Below are positions 49,356 through 61,819 of a stretch of 64,000 nucleotides of DNA, one piece after another (the first letter of the stretch is position 1; each line of letters opens with the position of its first letter). The notes under the pieces are model-generated. The model ran no database searches and was not told the origin of the DNA. It worked only from the letters and a program-made list of their open reading frames with translations. The stretch comes from the human T2T-CHM13v2.0 reference genome, Homo sapiens. The translations under genes and the position numbers were made by a program. The stretch lies in NCBI RefSeq assembly GCF_009914755.1, contig NC_060932.1. One strand, written 5' to 3'.

Positions 49356-50253
49356 AGCAGTCTGGGAGAGAAACGAGACCCTAAGGAGGACTTATCTGTG
49401 GACCCGAAATTTCCGCCTGGGGCGTCCCCCTGGGGAAGTCTCAGGTTTAGCCTTGCATCCCAAGGCCCCCCCTTCAGGGTCCACTCTTACAGTGTCAGGC
49501 GTCTCTGACCTCAGGTGGGCACCAGTGCCGCTTTGGATGTTTTCCCTCCACAGCCAGTGGCCCACTGTGATTCCCTTTGTACCTGGATATAATCCCTGGC
49601 TTTTCACGTCCCACCAATTTAGATGGACCGTGTCTTCCTGCATTCGTCACAGGGTTATGGTAGGCCCTTTACTTCCAGCTCTTCATTTGTTCCAGGATGA
49701 AACTCAAAAATCCTAATATTAATAACATTAAGGCTGGTGGGGTATTTCTTGTAGCCAGCGACACCAGAGGGTGGTATATGAATCCCTGTGGCTGGTAATT
49801 TACTTTGCGGTCTGAACAGGAGAAATACTGTTTGAGCAGGAACCACCAAGACGTGGGGTTTTCCCTAAGCTCGTCCTTTTCTGCACTTTCCGTGCATAAA
49901 CAAAAGGGGCATGAGATGGTGATGGGGGCTCAAATGCAACAGTTTAGCAATCCCTGGTCCCGACAAAGCATTAGCAAGGCGAGGGGAGAAATTAGAAGAT
50001 GAAGAATTAAATCATCTCAAAGACATTATTGCTGCACATACACAAACCCGACTGTTGCACGGATTTGTCTTGCTCTCGGCAGGACCTAGGTGTCCTGTTC
50101 CATGACCGAGTTATCCGGTTACTAGAGACTTCAAGCGGCAGGCACCCTACTGGCTTTTAACTGCCTAACCCATGCCCGCAGATCGCGGCTTTGACAAAAG
50201 AAGATAAAAAAGAAGAAGGAAAGGAAATCTAAACCCCAGACAACAGGGCTTAC

Positions 50254-50271
50254 CTCCTGGCTGGCTCTCCA
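50254..50271 (-). promoter_or_regulatory. Primer-binding site for tRNA-Arg, followed directly by splice donor GAG|GTAAG
   Basis: TGGAGAGCCAGCCAGGAG, 5 nt after the 5' LTR; 17/18 match to the complement of the tRNA-Arg(ACG) 3' end (TGGCGAGCCAGCCAGGAG). Confidence 0.8.
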
Positions 50272-50949
50272 AAATATGTTACCAGATAGAAACTCTTGAC
50301 TGTATGCTGTCTAGGCTCTTTGTACAAAGAATTAAACAAAACGTACAAACAAAGCAATAAAAGAACGAAGCATCAAAAAAAAAAAAAACAACGAAAAATG
50401 CAGATTCACTGAAGCGAAATTGCACTCCACAGAGCAGGAGAGGCTCGAGCAAGCAGCTCAAGAGCCCCGACTGCAGTGTTCTCTAGGGTTCTTATGAAGC
50501 TGAAAGAATCTGGTAACACCCCTAGGTGCCCTTTAGAGGCCTCCAGTGGGTTACAATATATGAAGGATTGGCGTGTGACCAGTCAGAGGCTGAAGTGGAA
50601 ACTCGGCCTGCAGTCAGTCAGAGGCTGAGGTGGAAACTCGGCCTGCAGTCAATCAGAGGCTGAGGTGGAAACTTCTGTCTTGTCATCACAGGACTGAGGA
50701 TGTGGCCTGTATGCCGCCTCGTCCTGTCTAGAACTGGCCGCACCTGCTGTTCCCTTGCTTCTGCCTTAACCCTTGGTTGCCCTAATTCCATACTGTCCTG
50801 CCTCAGGTCGTCTGCAGCTCTGTTCTTTCAGTGGTGATGGTACTTAGATCTCATAATGTAGATACAGGTGTGCTCATTGCTATGGGGTTTGCATTGCCTC
50901 TATGTCTCTGCAGTTAGCAAAGTTAGGATGTAAGTATCCTTTTCTTTAT

Positions 50950-51185
50950 TATTTTTTAAATCAGGGTCTCCCTCTATCACACGAATTGGAGTGCAATGGC
51001 ACAATCACAGTTCACTGTAGCCTTGACTTCCCATGCTCAAGCGATTCTCCCACCTCCGCTCCCGCAACCCCTGCCCCATCACCACCACCAGCAGCAGCAG
51101 CAGCAGTGGTAGCTGGAACCACAGGTGTGCCACCACACTGGCGTTTTTTCGTAGACATGGTGTCTCACCATGTTGCCAAGGCTGA
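50950..51185 (-). mobile_element. Diverged AluJ fragment within an L1 remnant
   Basis: 'cagggtctccctctatcac...ggagtgcaatggcacaatcacagttcactgtagccttgacttccc'. Confidence 0.75.
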
Positions 51186-51819
51186 GTATCCTTTTTAAAA
51201 AAGGAAACAAATCACATGTTTGCCCTCTTTCCAATTCAAAACCAGGATTTCAGGGCTTTTATTTAACTTGATTTTTTAAAACTGTATCTCTTCATTTTTA
51301 TGCTGAAAAACTTTGTTTTTAAGAATATTCACATATTCGCTTTATCCTATAACATAATAGTTTCAAAATAAAAAGGCTAGCATTATTACAAAGAAGAAGG
51401 TTATGAACTAAGAACAAGACTTCTTTGCAGCTCCTTCTGTCCTGGGAGTGTGTCCCACCAGGATGTGTCTTCAAAGTGCAGTGTTCTGAGGCTGCTGGAA
51501 TAATTGCCTTTTCTGTAAAATTAACTTACCAACTTGATATACAGTTTGAGGTTCCTTTGTTTCCATTTATTCTCGGTTTCTGGGGATTTTTATTTAGTAT
51601 TTTTATTGCATGCAGAAAACTACATACACACTATTACAAAACCAAGGCTTTGATTTTGACTTTTTGAGAAGGTGCATTCTGAGAAATCTCCCTTTTTTTC
51701 CTGTCCCCCTACCCCCACCCTGTTCTCTCCTCTCACCTATAATCTTGTCATTGTTTCTTTTTTGCAAATATATAAAAGAATTGTTTGTATTTACATTCTT
51801 CCCCTTACACAAAAGGTGG

Positions 51820-52070
51820 CATCCCCACGGATCCCCACGGATCCTCACAGATACCCACAGACACCCACAGATCCCCACAGATCCCCACGGATCCCCACAG
51901 ATCCCCCACCGATCCCCACGGATCTCCATGGATATCCACAGATTTTTTCCCCCACAGATCTCCGTGGATATCCACAGATCCCCCGCAGATCTCCACAGAT
52001 CTCCACGGATACCCACAGATTCCCCACGGATCCCCGTGGATATCCACAGATCCCCAAGGATACCCATGGC
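51820..52070. repeat. Approximately 10-bp minisatellite (GATCCCCACA/G and variants)
   Basis: Read directly; about 24 degenerate units. Confidence 0.88.
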
Positions 52071-52759
52071 GCCGTTCTTCCCTAGACTTTCACATGGATT
52101 CATGCAGCCTGGAGAAGGCTTCCTATCAGTGCTTAGGGACCGGGCTCACTCTTTCCCGCAGCTGCGTGGTCCCCCTGGGGGATGTGCACCAGTGCACTGG
52201 GACAGCCATGCAGTGATGGGCAGTCGGGAGGCTCCCAACCCCTGCTATTTCAAATAGCGCCCCATCGAGAAGCTCCACACTGCGGCATTTTGTGTGTCGG
52301 GGCTACGCCTCTGGGATGGAATCCTGGGAGCGGGTGGAAGGCTAACCCAGACACGGTCTTGCAGGGCACTGACAGATTCCTCTCCATTCCCGCAGCCGTG
52401 CCTGCGCGGGCGTTTCTTCACAGCCTCACCCCAGGGCAGGCCTGGTGACCCGCCGAGACTGCTGGATTTTGCCAATATGAGGGGTGAGAAAAGACATCTC
52501 AGTGCAATTTTAATTGGCGTTTTTCTGACTATGAAGGTGGTTGAGCCTCTTTTCGTGCAGTTAAAGAGACATTTGTAAGAATTTTTCTGTAAACTGTTCA
52601 TGTTTTCTGAATTTTTCTAATTTTCCCCTAGATTTTTAGGAACTCTTTTTAAATGCGCAGAAATCAGCCCTTTGGCTCGTACGCTTCCACTTCCCTCCCA
52701 GTGTGTCATTTGTCTTTTGACCTCCTTTCTTCCTTCTTTTCTTTTGCCCTCCCTCCCTT

Positions 52760-53332
52760 TCTCTCTCTCTCTCTCTCTCTGTGTCTCTCTGTCTCTCTGT
52801 GTATGTGTCTCTCTTTGTGTGTGTCTCTGTGTGTGTGTATGTCTGTGTGTGTGTCTCTCTTTGTGTGTGTCTGTGTGTTTGTGTGTCTCTGTGTCTCCAT
52901 GTGTGTCTGTGTCTGTGTGTGTCTCTCTCTGTGTGTGTATGTCTCTGTGTGTCTCTGTCTCTGTGTGTCTCTGTGTGTCTCTGTGTGTGTCTCTCTCTCT
53001 GTGTCTCTCTCTGTGTGTGTCTCTCTGTCTCTGTGTGTGTCTCTGTTTCTCTCTCTGTATTTCTCTGTGTCTGTGTGTCTCTCGCTGTGTCTCTGTGTGT
53101 CTCTCTGTGTGTGTCTGTGTGTCTCTCTGTGTCTGTCTGTGTGTCTCTTCGTGTGTGTCTCTCTGTGTGTGTGTATGTCTCTGTGTGTGTCTGTCTCTCT
53201 GTTTGTCTCTCTGTTTGTGTGTCTCTGTGTGTGTGTGTCTGTGTCTGTGTGTGTATGTCTCTGTGTGTCTCTCTGTGTCTCTGTGTGTGTGTCTCTCTGT
53301 GTGTGTGTGTCTGTGTGTGTGTGTGTCTCTGT
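52760..53332. repeat. (TC)n/(TG)n compound microsatellite
   Basis: Read directly from the sequence. Confidence 0.95.
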
Positions 53333-53594
53333 ATCCCCCTTTCCTCCTTTGTTCCTGTTGCCCTCAGCATGCGTGTCTCCCCTCCTACTCGCATCAGCCA
53401 CACAGGGCTCCCTTCCTGTGCAGGGCACAGCTTGCTGCAGGTGTACATGCTGTGGGTTGGGGACACTCTGGGGACTGAGGCTCTTCCCCTTGTGTGGCGT
53501 CCTTGGCCTCTGATGTTCTTCTCAGAAGTGCTGCAGGCCCTGTAACATGTTTGGACTGGTCACCTCCCCACCTCACTACTACCAAAGGGAGCAC

Positions 53595-53986
53595 GTCTGT
53601 GTGTGTGTGCGTGTGTGTGCATGTATGTGCATGTGAGCATGTCTGTGTGTGCATGTGTGCGTGTGTGCATGTGTGCACTATGCACATGTAAGCATGTCTG
53701 TGTGTGCATGTGTGTGCACATGTGTGCATGTGTGTGTGTGCATGTGAGTGTGTCTGGGTGTGCATGTATGTGTGTGCCTGTGTGTGCATGCATGTGCATG
53801 TGAGGGTGTGTGTGTATGTGTGTGTCTGCGTGTGTGTGCATGTGAGCATGTCTGTGTGTGTGGATGTGTGCATGTGTGCCCATGCATGTGCATGTGTGTG
53901 CATGTGTGCACGTGTGCGTGTACATGCATTGCATAAGTGTGTGCATGTGAGCAAGTGTGTGCGTGTGAGTGTGTGCATGTGTGTGT
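53595..53986. repeat. (TG)n/(TGCA)n alternating purine-pyrimidine tract
   Basis: Read directly from the sequence. Confidence 0.92.
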
Positions 53987-56900
53987 GGTCTGCAGACTCT
54001 GAGGCCAAAGGCTCCTCTGCAGATGAGGAAGAGTGGCTAGTGAAATTTCAGGGACTGCCCTGGGGGCTCCTGTTCACCCGCTGAGCTATGGGGGCCCCCA
54101 GACCCTCAAGTTCCTGCCCCTTCTCAGCCCTCCCTCTCCAGCCTCAGTCGAGCCTGGGAGCCTGGACAGCCTTGGCCTGGGTCTGCAGTCTGCGGTTTCT
54201 TCCCAGGAAGTGAAGTGTCCCTAGTTCCCTGAGCCCCCTCCCCATCTCCCACCTCCTGGCCCCAGGCTCTGTGTTTGCTCCTGTGACATCACGCCCCGCC
54301 CCCAGCTCCGGCTCCCCGGGTGTGCGTGTTCAGTACCGGCCTGCACGCAGCTGAGCTCAGTCGGTGTCTGCGGAGGAGGGGGCTGGACTCAGGGGCTCCC
54401 TGACAGACGCTGCAGGTGCCAGGTCTGGGGCATTAGGACCCTTCCAAGGAGAAATGGTGTGGGGAGGGCCGAGCTTGTGAGGGAGCCCTGGGGGCCGAGC
54501 GGCGGTGGTGGGGAGCAGGTGTTGGGGGGTCTGGTCTGGGTCTCCCTGTGGTCTTCTGTTCTTCCGGAGATCAGACTTCCTGCAAGGACTGGCAGCCCCG
54601 CCATACCCAGAGGCTGAGTGAGCTGGCTGAGAGGGCCGGGTGGGAGGTGACGCTCAGCCTCGCCTCACAGCGGGGCCTGTGGGTGGGCAGTGGAGGAAGG
54701 CTCCTGAGGGCTCACCTGGGGCTCGGGAGGTGACATCGCCTGTCACCTGAGCTGGCGCCTCATGAGCGGAACCCAGCCCTGTATGTGAGCTTCCGGGTCG
54801 GGAGTGGGGCCAGACCCACTGGGCTCCCCCACACACCCCTGGTGGATGGGACAACCCTGTGGCAGAGGCCCAGGCACAAAGAGAGCCTGGACCCACCTTC
54901 GGAGCGGGGGTGTGTGACGGGTGGCCTGGGCCGCACAGCATCGCCTTCTGCAAGCGTAGGTGCTCAATGGGGTGGGACAGATCAATCATGGCCCATCCTA
55001 GATACCTGGGGTGGCTGCGGCTGTACTTGGGGCACTGGACCCAGGTCCCACCTCACCTGCAACCCCTCGGCCAAGGGCTGCTTTGCAGGTGAGGGTCCCT
55101 ACCCTGGAGCCCCCAATTCAGTGCTGGGGCTCAGTCCCCACACTCCTGGGCCGGGTGGAGAGACACTGGATGAGAAGGGGATTGGAGTTTCAGGGGAGTC
55201 GAGGTGTGGAGCCACTGTGCATGGCAAGCCTTCATGCCGTGTAGTACCTGTGTCCCCTGGTCTCACCACCCGCCATTCTGTCCAGACAGGCTGCTCCATC
55301 CGAGGACCTGGGAGGACGGCAGGGGCCCAGCCCGAGGCGGGCTCCATGGACAGAGCAGTGGTCTGGCTGTGGTCTGTTGCACTGCAGAGGGGTCTGGGCC
55401 GAGGCCGCCTGGACCTCACTGGAGACTGACCAGGCAGGTGTGTCCTGGAAGGGCCACCCCAGGAGCACATGTGCGTCCCAGGGAATTGGCTGTGGTTAAG
55501 TTTGCCACCTGGCACGACAGAGGCTGACTCGAAATTAGGCCGAATCATTGAGAAGTACTAATATCTAGAAATACCACATTGTCCCCCCAAACATCCATCT
55601 CCCTCCTCTTGGGGACCCACTATTCCCATGGGGGCCTGGGCTGTGGGGGAAGTGGGCTCAGGTCTGAGATCATCAAGGGCCTCTCTCTGGCCTCGGCTTA
55701 CGGTTCAGTGGGCTCATACACCCTCGGCCCAATGAGGGGTGAGCAGCCCTGGGATGGGGCTTCCAGGATCTCTGGGAAGTGGCCCCCACACACCCACAGG
55801 GAATCAGAGCTGCCCTTGGCAGCCCTTCAGGATCTAGGTTTGGGATGAAGCCGATATGACAGGAGATAGAACAGACAAATGGAAAGACCTTGAGGCCCCA
55901 GTGCCATTGGCAACCAGCTGAACCAGGCTCACCCAAGCCCTCGCTCTCCTGACCGCCACTCCTCCAACCAGGGGGTCCCTGGGCTGCGCAAAGAACCAGC
56001 CTGCAGCCTCGGTCAAGCTGCCGTGTGCTGTAAGTTTGTTTTCCATTTCATTAAGTTCTGTGATTATCTGTGTTTCATTCTCTCTTCAGATTTATACTGC
56101 TCTTTCTCTAACTTTCTGAGACGGATGCATAGCCAATTAATTTTCAGCCTTCTCCTCCAGTGCATGCATTTAAGGCCAGCATCTTCCTGCTGAATTGGAC
56201 TTACTGTGAAATTCCCTTCTTCATCTCCAGTAATTACATTTACCTCCAAAGTGCTTTGCCTGCTGGAAATGCAGCCACATCAGCTTTCTGGTTGGCATTG
56301 GGTGCTTAACTGTCCTCTCTCTGGGTGATGTGATAGGTATGTTTCTTGTAAGCTGTATACCCTTGGCTTTATTCATCCTTTTATATATGATGTAGCTGCT
56401 GCTGGAGTGGGGTTTAAATCTTTAGACCCTTTCTGCCTGTCTGGGCTCCATGATGCCCCCTTCAAATAATTCCTATCACCTCCCTCCCATTGCTCAAAAT
56501 CCCGTGTCCTCCCGCCTCCTGCGTCTGCTGGGCCAGCACCTCTCCTTGCTCATCCTTGTGCCCCGTCATCCTGCCCACTCCCCTCACACTGAGGACAGGG
56601 GCATCTGTTCCACCTGCTCCCACCAGTGTAGACAGCCTAACCCACAGCGCGTGTGGACGCCCCACGGTGGGTGTGGACCCAGCCAACATCTCCCTCTGGT
56701 TGTTGACCTCTCCCCTCCAGGCCCTTTTCCTCCACCTGCCAGTCCTCCCATGCCCCACATCTCTGCCTCCAAGCCTGTCCCTCGGGGCTGAGCCGGAGTT
56801 GGCCCAGGAGCCCTGAGCGATTCTTGTGCTCTCAGTGAGTCAGGAGATGAGGGCGATTCTGGAGCACGGACCTGGCCGGACGCTGGAAGTTTCAGAACAG

Positions 56901-57049
56901 AGAGGAGGCCCACCCAGCGCCCACTCGGTGCTCAGGAGACCCCTGCCCTCCCCTGTCCACTCCCTCCTGCCTCCTTCCCTCCTCGGTCCCAAGCCTCAGA
57001 CTTTGCTGCCTGGGTTTTCTTTGTCCTGATGAACCTGCGTATCCAGCCC

Positions 57050-57580
57050 TGTGCAAAACCCGCCCGCCTCTCCCAGGCGCCCCGGGAAGGGAAATTACGG
57101 CGGAGGCCCTGGGGGCGCGCTCCCCACTGCGGGCAGAGGGGCGGCCTCTTTTCACCTGCTTGAACCCCTGCCTCGGGGGACACCTCCTCTCCAGCGCGCG
57201 GGGACCAGGATTGACCGGTCAGGAGGCCGCCTCCCCTTGGTCCCTGCTCGCCGGTCTTCTCCGAGGCTTCTTCCCCGGCTCCGGCCCGGGCGTCGGGAGG
57301 CCTCCCTGGAGCGCAGCTCTGCGCCCGCACCTCCCCGCGCGGCCCGGCTCCCCGCGGCTCCTGCCCGGTCTTCCCTCCTCCGGCCCGCGCCAGGGCTCGC
57401 TTCTCTGTCGGAAGACCCTCTCCTCCCTGCCACACGGCTGGTCCAGCGTCCCGGGCGTGCCTCCTCTGCCAGGGCTGAAAGGGCCGCTTACACCCGGGGA
57501 CTTCTCCGCTCCGGACACGCCTGGCGACCTCGCCGGCGCCACCTCCTGCACTCCGTGGAGAGCCTGCTCTGCGCCCACAC
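57050..57580. promoter_or_regulatory. Orphan CpG island
   Basis: Dense CpG stretch (ccccgcgcggcccggctccccgcggc etc.) that is not repeat-derived and has no recognisable coding exon. Confidence 0.6.
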
Positions 57581-57826
57581 CTGCCTGTCCCGCCCCAACA
57601 CCTGGTCCTCCTCCAAACCCTGCCCTTCCTTGCCCTGTCCCGTCTTCCCCCCTGCCCAGGTGTCCCAGGAGGGGGAGCGAATCATCCCTGCGCCCCCTCT
57701 TATGCAACTGACCAGCAGGTCCCACCCACTCCACCCCAAATCTCACCCCACCCTTCCCTACCTCAGCGTCTCTACCCTGGAACAGAGGACTGGGAACCAA
57801 TTGAGAGCAGTAAAAAGGGATTTCTA

Positions 57827-57862
57827 CCCTAACCTTAACCCCAAGCCTAACCCTAACCCTAG
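57827..57862 (+). repeat. Degenerate interstitial telomeric repeat (CCCTAA)6
   Basis: ccctaa ccttaa ccccaa gcctaa ccctaa ccctag. Confidence 0.7.
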
Positions 57863-60261
57863 CACCTGCAGCCACTGGCAAGGGAGCCTGGCCCCTGAGC
57901 CTGAGCACAGAGGCTAAAGGGCGCAGTGGGCACTGAAGGGCCCACCCAGGGGTCCCAGCTGGTCTGTGCCCTCCCACTGCCCACTAGTCATCCCCTCGCA
58001 AGGAGCTTCACATAGCACAGATGTGAAACCACAAAATCCTAAGCTGCTTGGGTGTGAATGTATGTTTGTGCGTGTGTGTGTGTGTGTGTGTGTTACAGTG
58101 TCAGCCCTGGCTGGGGTCTAGCTGGGTGGCACCGTCATCTGTCTGGGAGTCCAGTTCTCTGCAGGGTGCCCTTGACTGTCGTTCCTCTCAGGGTTCAGCT
58201 TTTCCGGCTCTGATGCAGGAGGCATGTGCCTGGCCATACTGTCCACAGGGAAGTGGTCTCGGATTCCCGGGACTGATCACAGGCAACGCCTCCTGAGTGC
58301 ATACGTGAGAACGGATACCCTAATGAGGACATGGGAGTGGGGGACACCCTCGAGCAGCCATGTGAGGGCCTGGAGAGAAAGATGAGGCCAAGGGACGCAC
58401 CCTCCCTGGCACTCGTCAGATCCCCGCAGGGCTGGGATGGGAGCCCCAGGGAGGGTGGAGCCCGGCCCCAGAGCCAATGCACCACTACTTCTTCCGTTTC
58501 TGGGGCCCTGGGACAGACCTGCGTTCGGGAAGCACAGATGTCCCATAGGCGACCCCAAATCTGAGATTCTGGCTCTGGACAAAGACTGCATTCAGGGGCG
58601 CTCTGAACCCCTGAAGCCCAGGTGTAGTTTGGGAAGATGGTGGTAGATACACCCACAAATAGTCTCTGTCACCTGCTGTGTTGGGCCCTGAGCTGAAAAT
58701 GGGGAACAGAGAAATGAAAAGGGGTGGAGATACTGGGAGGAGAGAGTATGACAAGAGATACAGTGTTAAGGGCTCCCCAAGGGAAGGGAGCGGTTCCTGG
58801 GGATCCCTCCGGAAGCCCATCCTACTGGAGGTGGCACCTGACCTGGGTCTTCAATAATGGCACCTCAGCCCCACCCCACCCTTCGTTCAGTAAGGACACC
58901 TCAGCCCCACCCCACCCTTCGCCCAGCTGCAGTGCTGGCCAAGAGGAGACCCTCGGAAGCTGTTCACGGAGTGAATGGGAGTTGGAGGATGCAGGGCCAG
59001 TGGGCACTGGGTTGGCTGGGAAGCGAGCCCTTTGGGGAGAGGGGCTGCCTGCAGTGAGGGAAGGTGGGAGAGGAAGCAGCTTTGAGGGTGGTGTGAGGTG
59101 GAGGGTGGCTCTGAGATGAGAGGTGTGGTCTCTGGTAGAGGGTGGAGGAGAGGGGGCAGGCTGGGTCATGGGGGGGATGGATAGATGAGACTCCCCCAGT
59201 TCAACCCCAGGGCCAGGACCCCGAGCCCCCAGCCCTCAAGAGGCCCAGCTTGCTGAAGTCCACGTCCCCTGTCCTGCGGGGGATCTTGCTGTTCCGAGTC
59301 TCAGGAGGACTCTGGGCCCACTGGGCTTCTGCTGGGCACCAGGAAGTGGTTCGGGGAGGGGGTCCTGGACGCCCCTCTGTGTGGGAGACCTTGTGACTGT
59401 GCTGATGTGACAGAACCATTGGGGGCAGCGAGCGGAGGGTCAGTATACATAACCCAGTGCCGTCGGTGTAAATGTTCAAACATGGGTTTAAATGTTTAGC
59501 AACCCCCCAAAATTATGAACCCCAGGACATCCCCCACACCCATGCTCAGGCACCTCGGCTGTGGTGCCTAGAGATAACGCTCAGGCTCACCCCTGCCTCC
59601 ACTCAGGGCGAACGCAGACAGCACCAGCTGCCGGGCCCCCCGGGCAGACTCAGACCCGGCCTGGGAGCCCAGGCACTAAGCGCCCATGCCACTCACCGCT
59701 TCACCACACAGGCGTGGCTGCTCCGGGGGCAGCACGGGTGCTGTGAGCAGAAAGCCGGGGCGCAGGGCAGGACGGCTTTCCTAGGAAATCTTCAGCTAAG
59801 GCAGGACCTCAGGATGGGTGGGAGGGGGCCGGGTGCAGATAGAGAGGAGACAGTCCGGCCTCATGGAGCCACAAGGACCCTGGGGCAGGAAGAGGCCTGA
59901 GTTAGAGACCTGCAAGGAGGGCAGGGCCGGCTGGGGAGGGGCCATGAAGGACTTTGGGCTTTGAGAACACAGTGGGAAGCCCCCAGAGGGTTTAAACAGG
60001 GAAGTGGCCAGGTCACCCGCACAGCTGCTGAGGCCATTCCACTGCTGCGGGAGAATGGGTGGGGGTGGGCAGGAGCCCAGCGGGGGGAGGGGCACCCTGG
60101 CCGAGGTCCAGGTGAGAGGCTGTTAGGCCGGCACCATGCGGTGGCCCTGGAGAGGAGGAGAGACAGACAGGCCTCCCAGAGCCCTGATGGCTCCCGCAGG
60201 CGGCTGGGCCTGGCTTGGTCTCCTCTCCCGAGGTCAAGCCCTGCCCTCCTACCTCTCCCTG

Positions 60262-60575
60262 CTGTGGTCTGAAAATTGGTTCCCACCCAAAATTCAAGTT
60301 GAAACTTAATCCCCAGTGTGAAAGTATCAAGAGTGGGCCTTCAGGAGGTGGTTAGCCGGGAAGGTTCTGTCCCACAATGGGATCAGGACATCAGTCAATC
60401 AGGAACAGGCCGGCCCTCGCCAGACACTGCAGCTGCTGGGCCTTTTGCTCTTGGACTTCCAGTGCCTTGATCTTGGATTTTCTGTTCCCTCCAGAACCGT
60501 GAATACTAAATATCTGCTGTCTATAAATTACCCGGTCTAGGAGGGCTTTGTTATAGAACCCAAATGGGCTAAGAT
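60262..60575 (+). mobile_element. MLT1A/MST-type MaLR LTR
   Basis: 'tcccacccaaaattcaagttgaaacttaatccccagtgtg...tataaattacccggtctag...ttgttatagaacccaaatgggctaaga'. Confidence 0.75.
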
Positions 60576-60589
60576 ATGACCCTCAGGCC

Positions 60590-60990
60590 ATCCCCACCCC
60601 TCTGGGCTCTCCCCACCCCTGTGGGCTCTCCCCACAACCTCAGCTGTGGACTCCTCCCCGCCCCCACCCCCGTGGGCTCCCCCCACCCCCACCCCTGTGG
60701 ACCCCTCCAACCCCCCACCCCCGTGGGCTCCCCCCACTCCCACCCCTGTGGACCCCTCCAACCCCCCACCCCCGTGGGCTCTCCCTACTCCCACCCCCAC
60801 CCCCACCCCCGTGGGCTCTCCCCACTCCCACCCCCCACCCCCACCCCCATCCCATGGGCTCTCCCCACTCCCACCCCCCACCCCCACCCCCGTGGGCTCT
60901 CCCCACTCCCACCCCCCACCCCCACCCCCACCCCCGTGGGCTCTCCCCACTCCCACCCCCCACCCCCCACCCCCGTGGGCTCTCCCCACA
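60590..60990. repeat. C-rich minisatellite (ccccacccccgtgggctctccccact variants)
   Basis: Read directly; dense G-runs on the minus strand. Confidence 0.88.
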
Positions 60991-61429
60991 GATGCCACCT
61001 CTCCCAGTCTCTGCTGGGTGCCCCCATGTTTGGCCCCGGGTGTTTGTCAGGGTGTCTGCTGAGGGTCTCCAGGCATCTCAGGCCCCACAGGGATGATATC
61101 ACCGGCCACCTCTCTTGGGGAGCAGGCACCCCTCACCTGTCCACTGTCTGACCATGCTGGGCACACCCCTTCAGTGGGGGGGGGGGGCTGAAGCCTCATA
61201 ACCCACGCCCTGGTGCCAGATCCCTGGCACTGGAGGAGGACAGCAGAGGAGAAGGGGAGGGCGTGTCTCCCCTAAGCTCCCCAGTCAGGGCCTTTGGAGA
61301 GTGCTGTCCCTGGGCCACCACCTCCTCACCAGGTCTGGGTGTGAGCGGGACAGCACTCTGGTGCCTGCCCAGGGCGGGGGAGCACAGGAGCCCTCCCAGG
61401 TCCCCGCCTCCCTCCTCTTACAGCGAGTG

Positions 61430-61800
61430 TCCCCCTGCATTCGTTTCCTGCGGCTGCTGTAACCAATTATCACAAACTATCACCAACTCCCAGCTTCAAG
61501 CAACCAGAAGGCTCTTCAAGGAAATCCTTCCTGGCCTCTCCCAGCATCTGGTGGCTGTAGGTGGTGGGCCGCCCTGGCCGTGGTCGCATCCTCTGATCCC
61601 TCCTCTGTCTTCACGTGGCCTCCTCGTCCTCTCTCTTCTACCGACACTTGCCGTTGGATTTAGGACCACCCCAAATCTAGGATGACCTCATCCCCAGACC
61701 CTTAACTTAAGGACAAAGGCCTTTTTCCAAATGAGCTCACATTACAGGTGCCTGGGGCTAGGACTCGGACATACCTTGTGGGGACCACTCAGCCCACTGC
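61430..61800 (-). mobile_element. MLT1 LTR
   Basis: 'ttcctgcggctgctgtaaccaattatcacaaact...ggatttaggaccaccccaaatctaggatgacctcatc...tttttccaaatgagctcacatt'. Confidence 0.72.
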
Positions 61801-61819
61801 AGATGGGAGCACTTGAGCA

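Noticed and set aside
52636-54084. 200-290-aa ORFs (HTHT/CVCV/SLSL)
   Set aside because: Translations of dinucleotide microsatellites.
55204-55527. ORF with CSTC..C and VVCC resembling an LU domain
   Set aside because: Cys spacing incomplete, no LCN motif, no signal or GPI segments and no exon structure.
57051-57977. 288-aa and 252-aa ORFs at the orphan CpG island
   Set aside because: GC-driven open frames on both strands with no recognisable domain.
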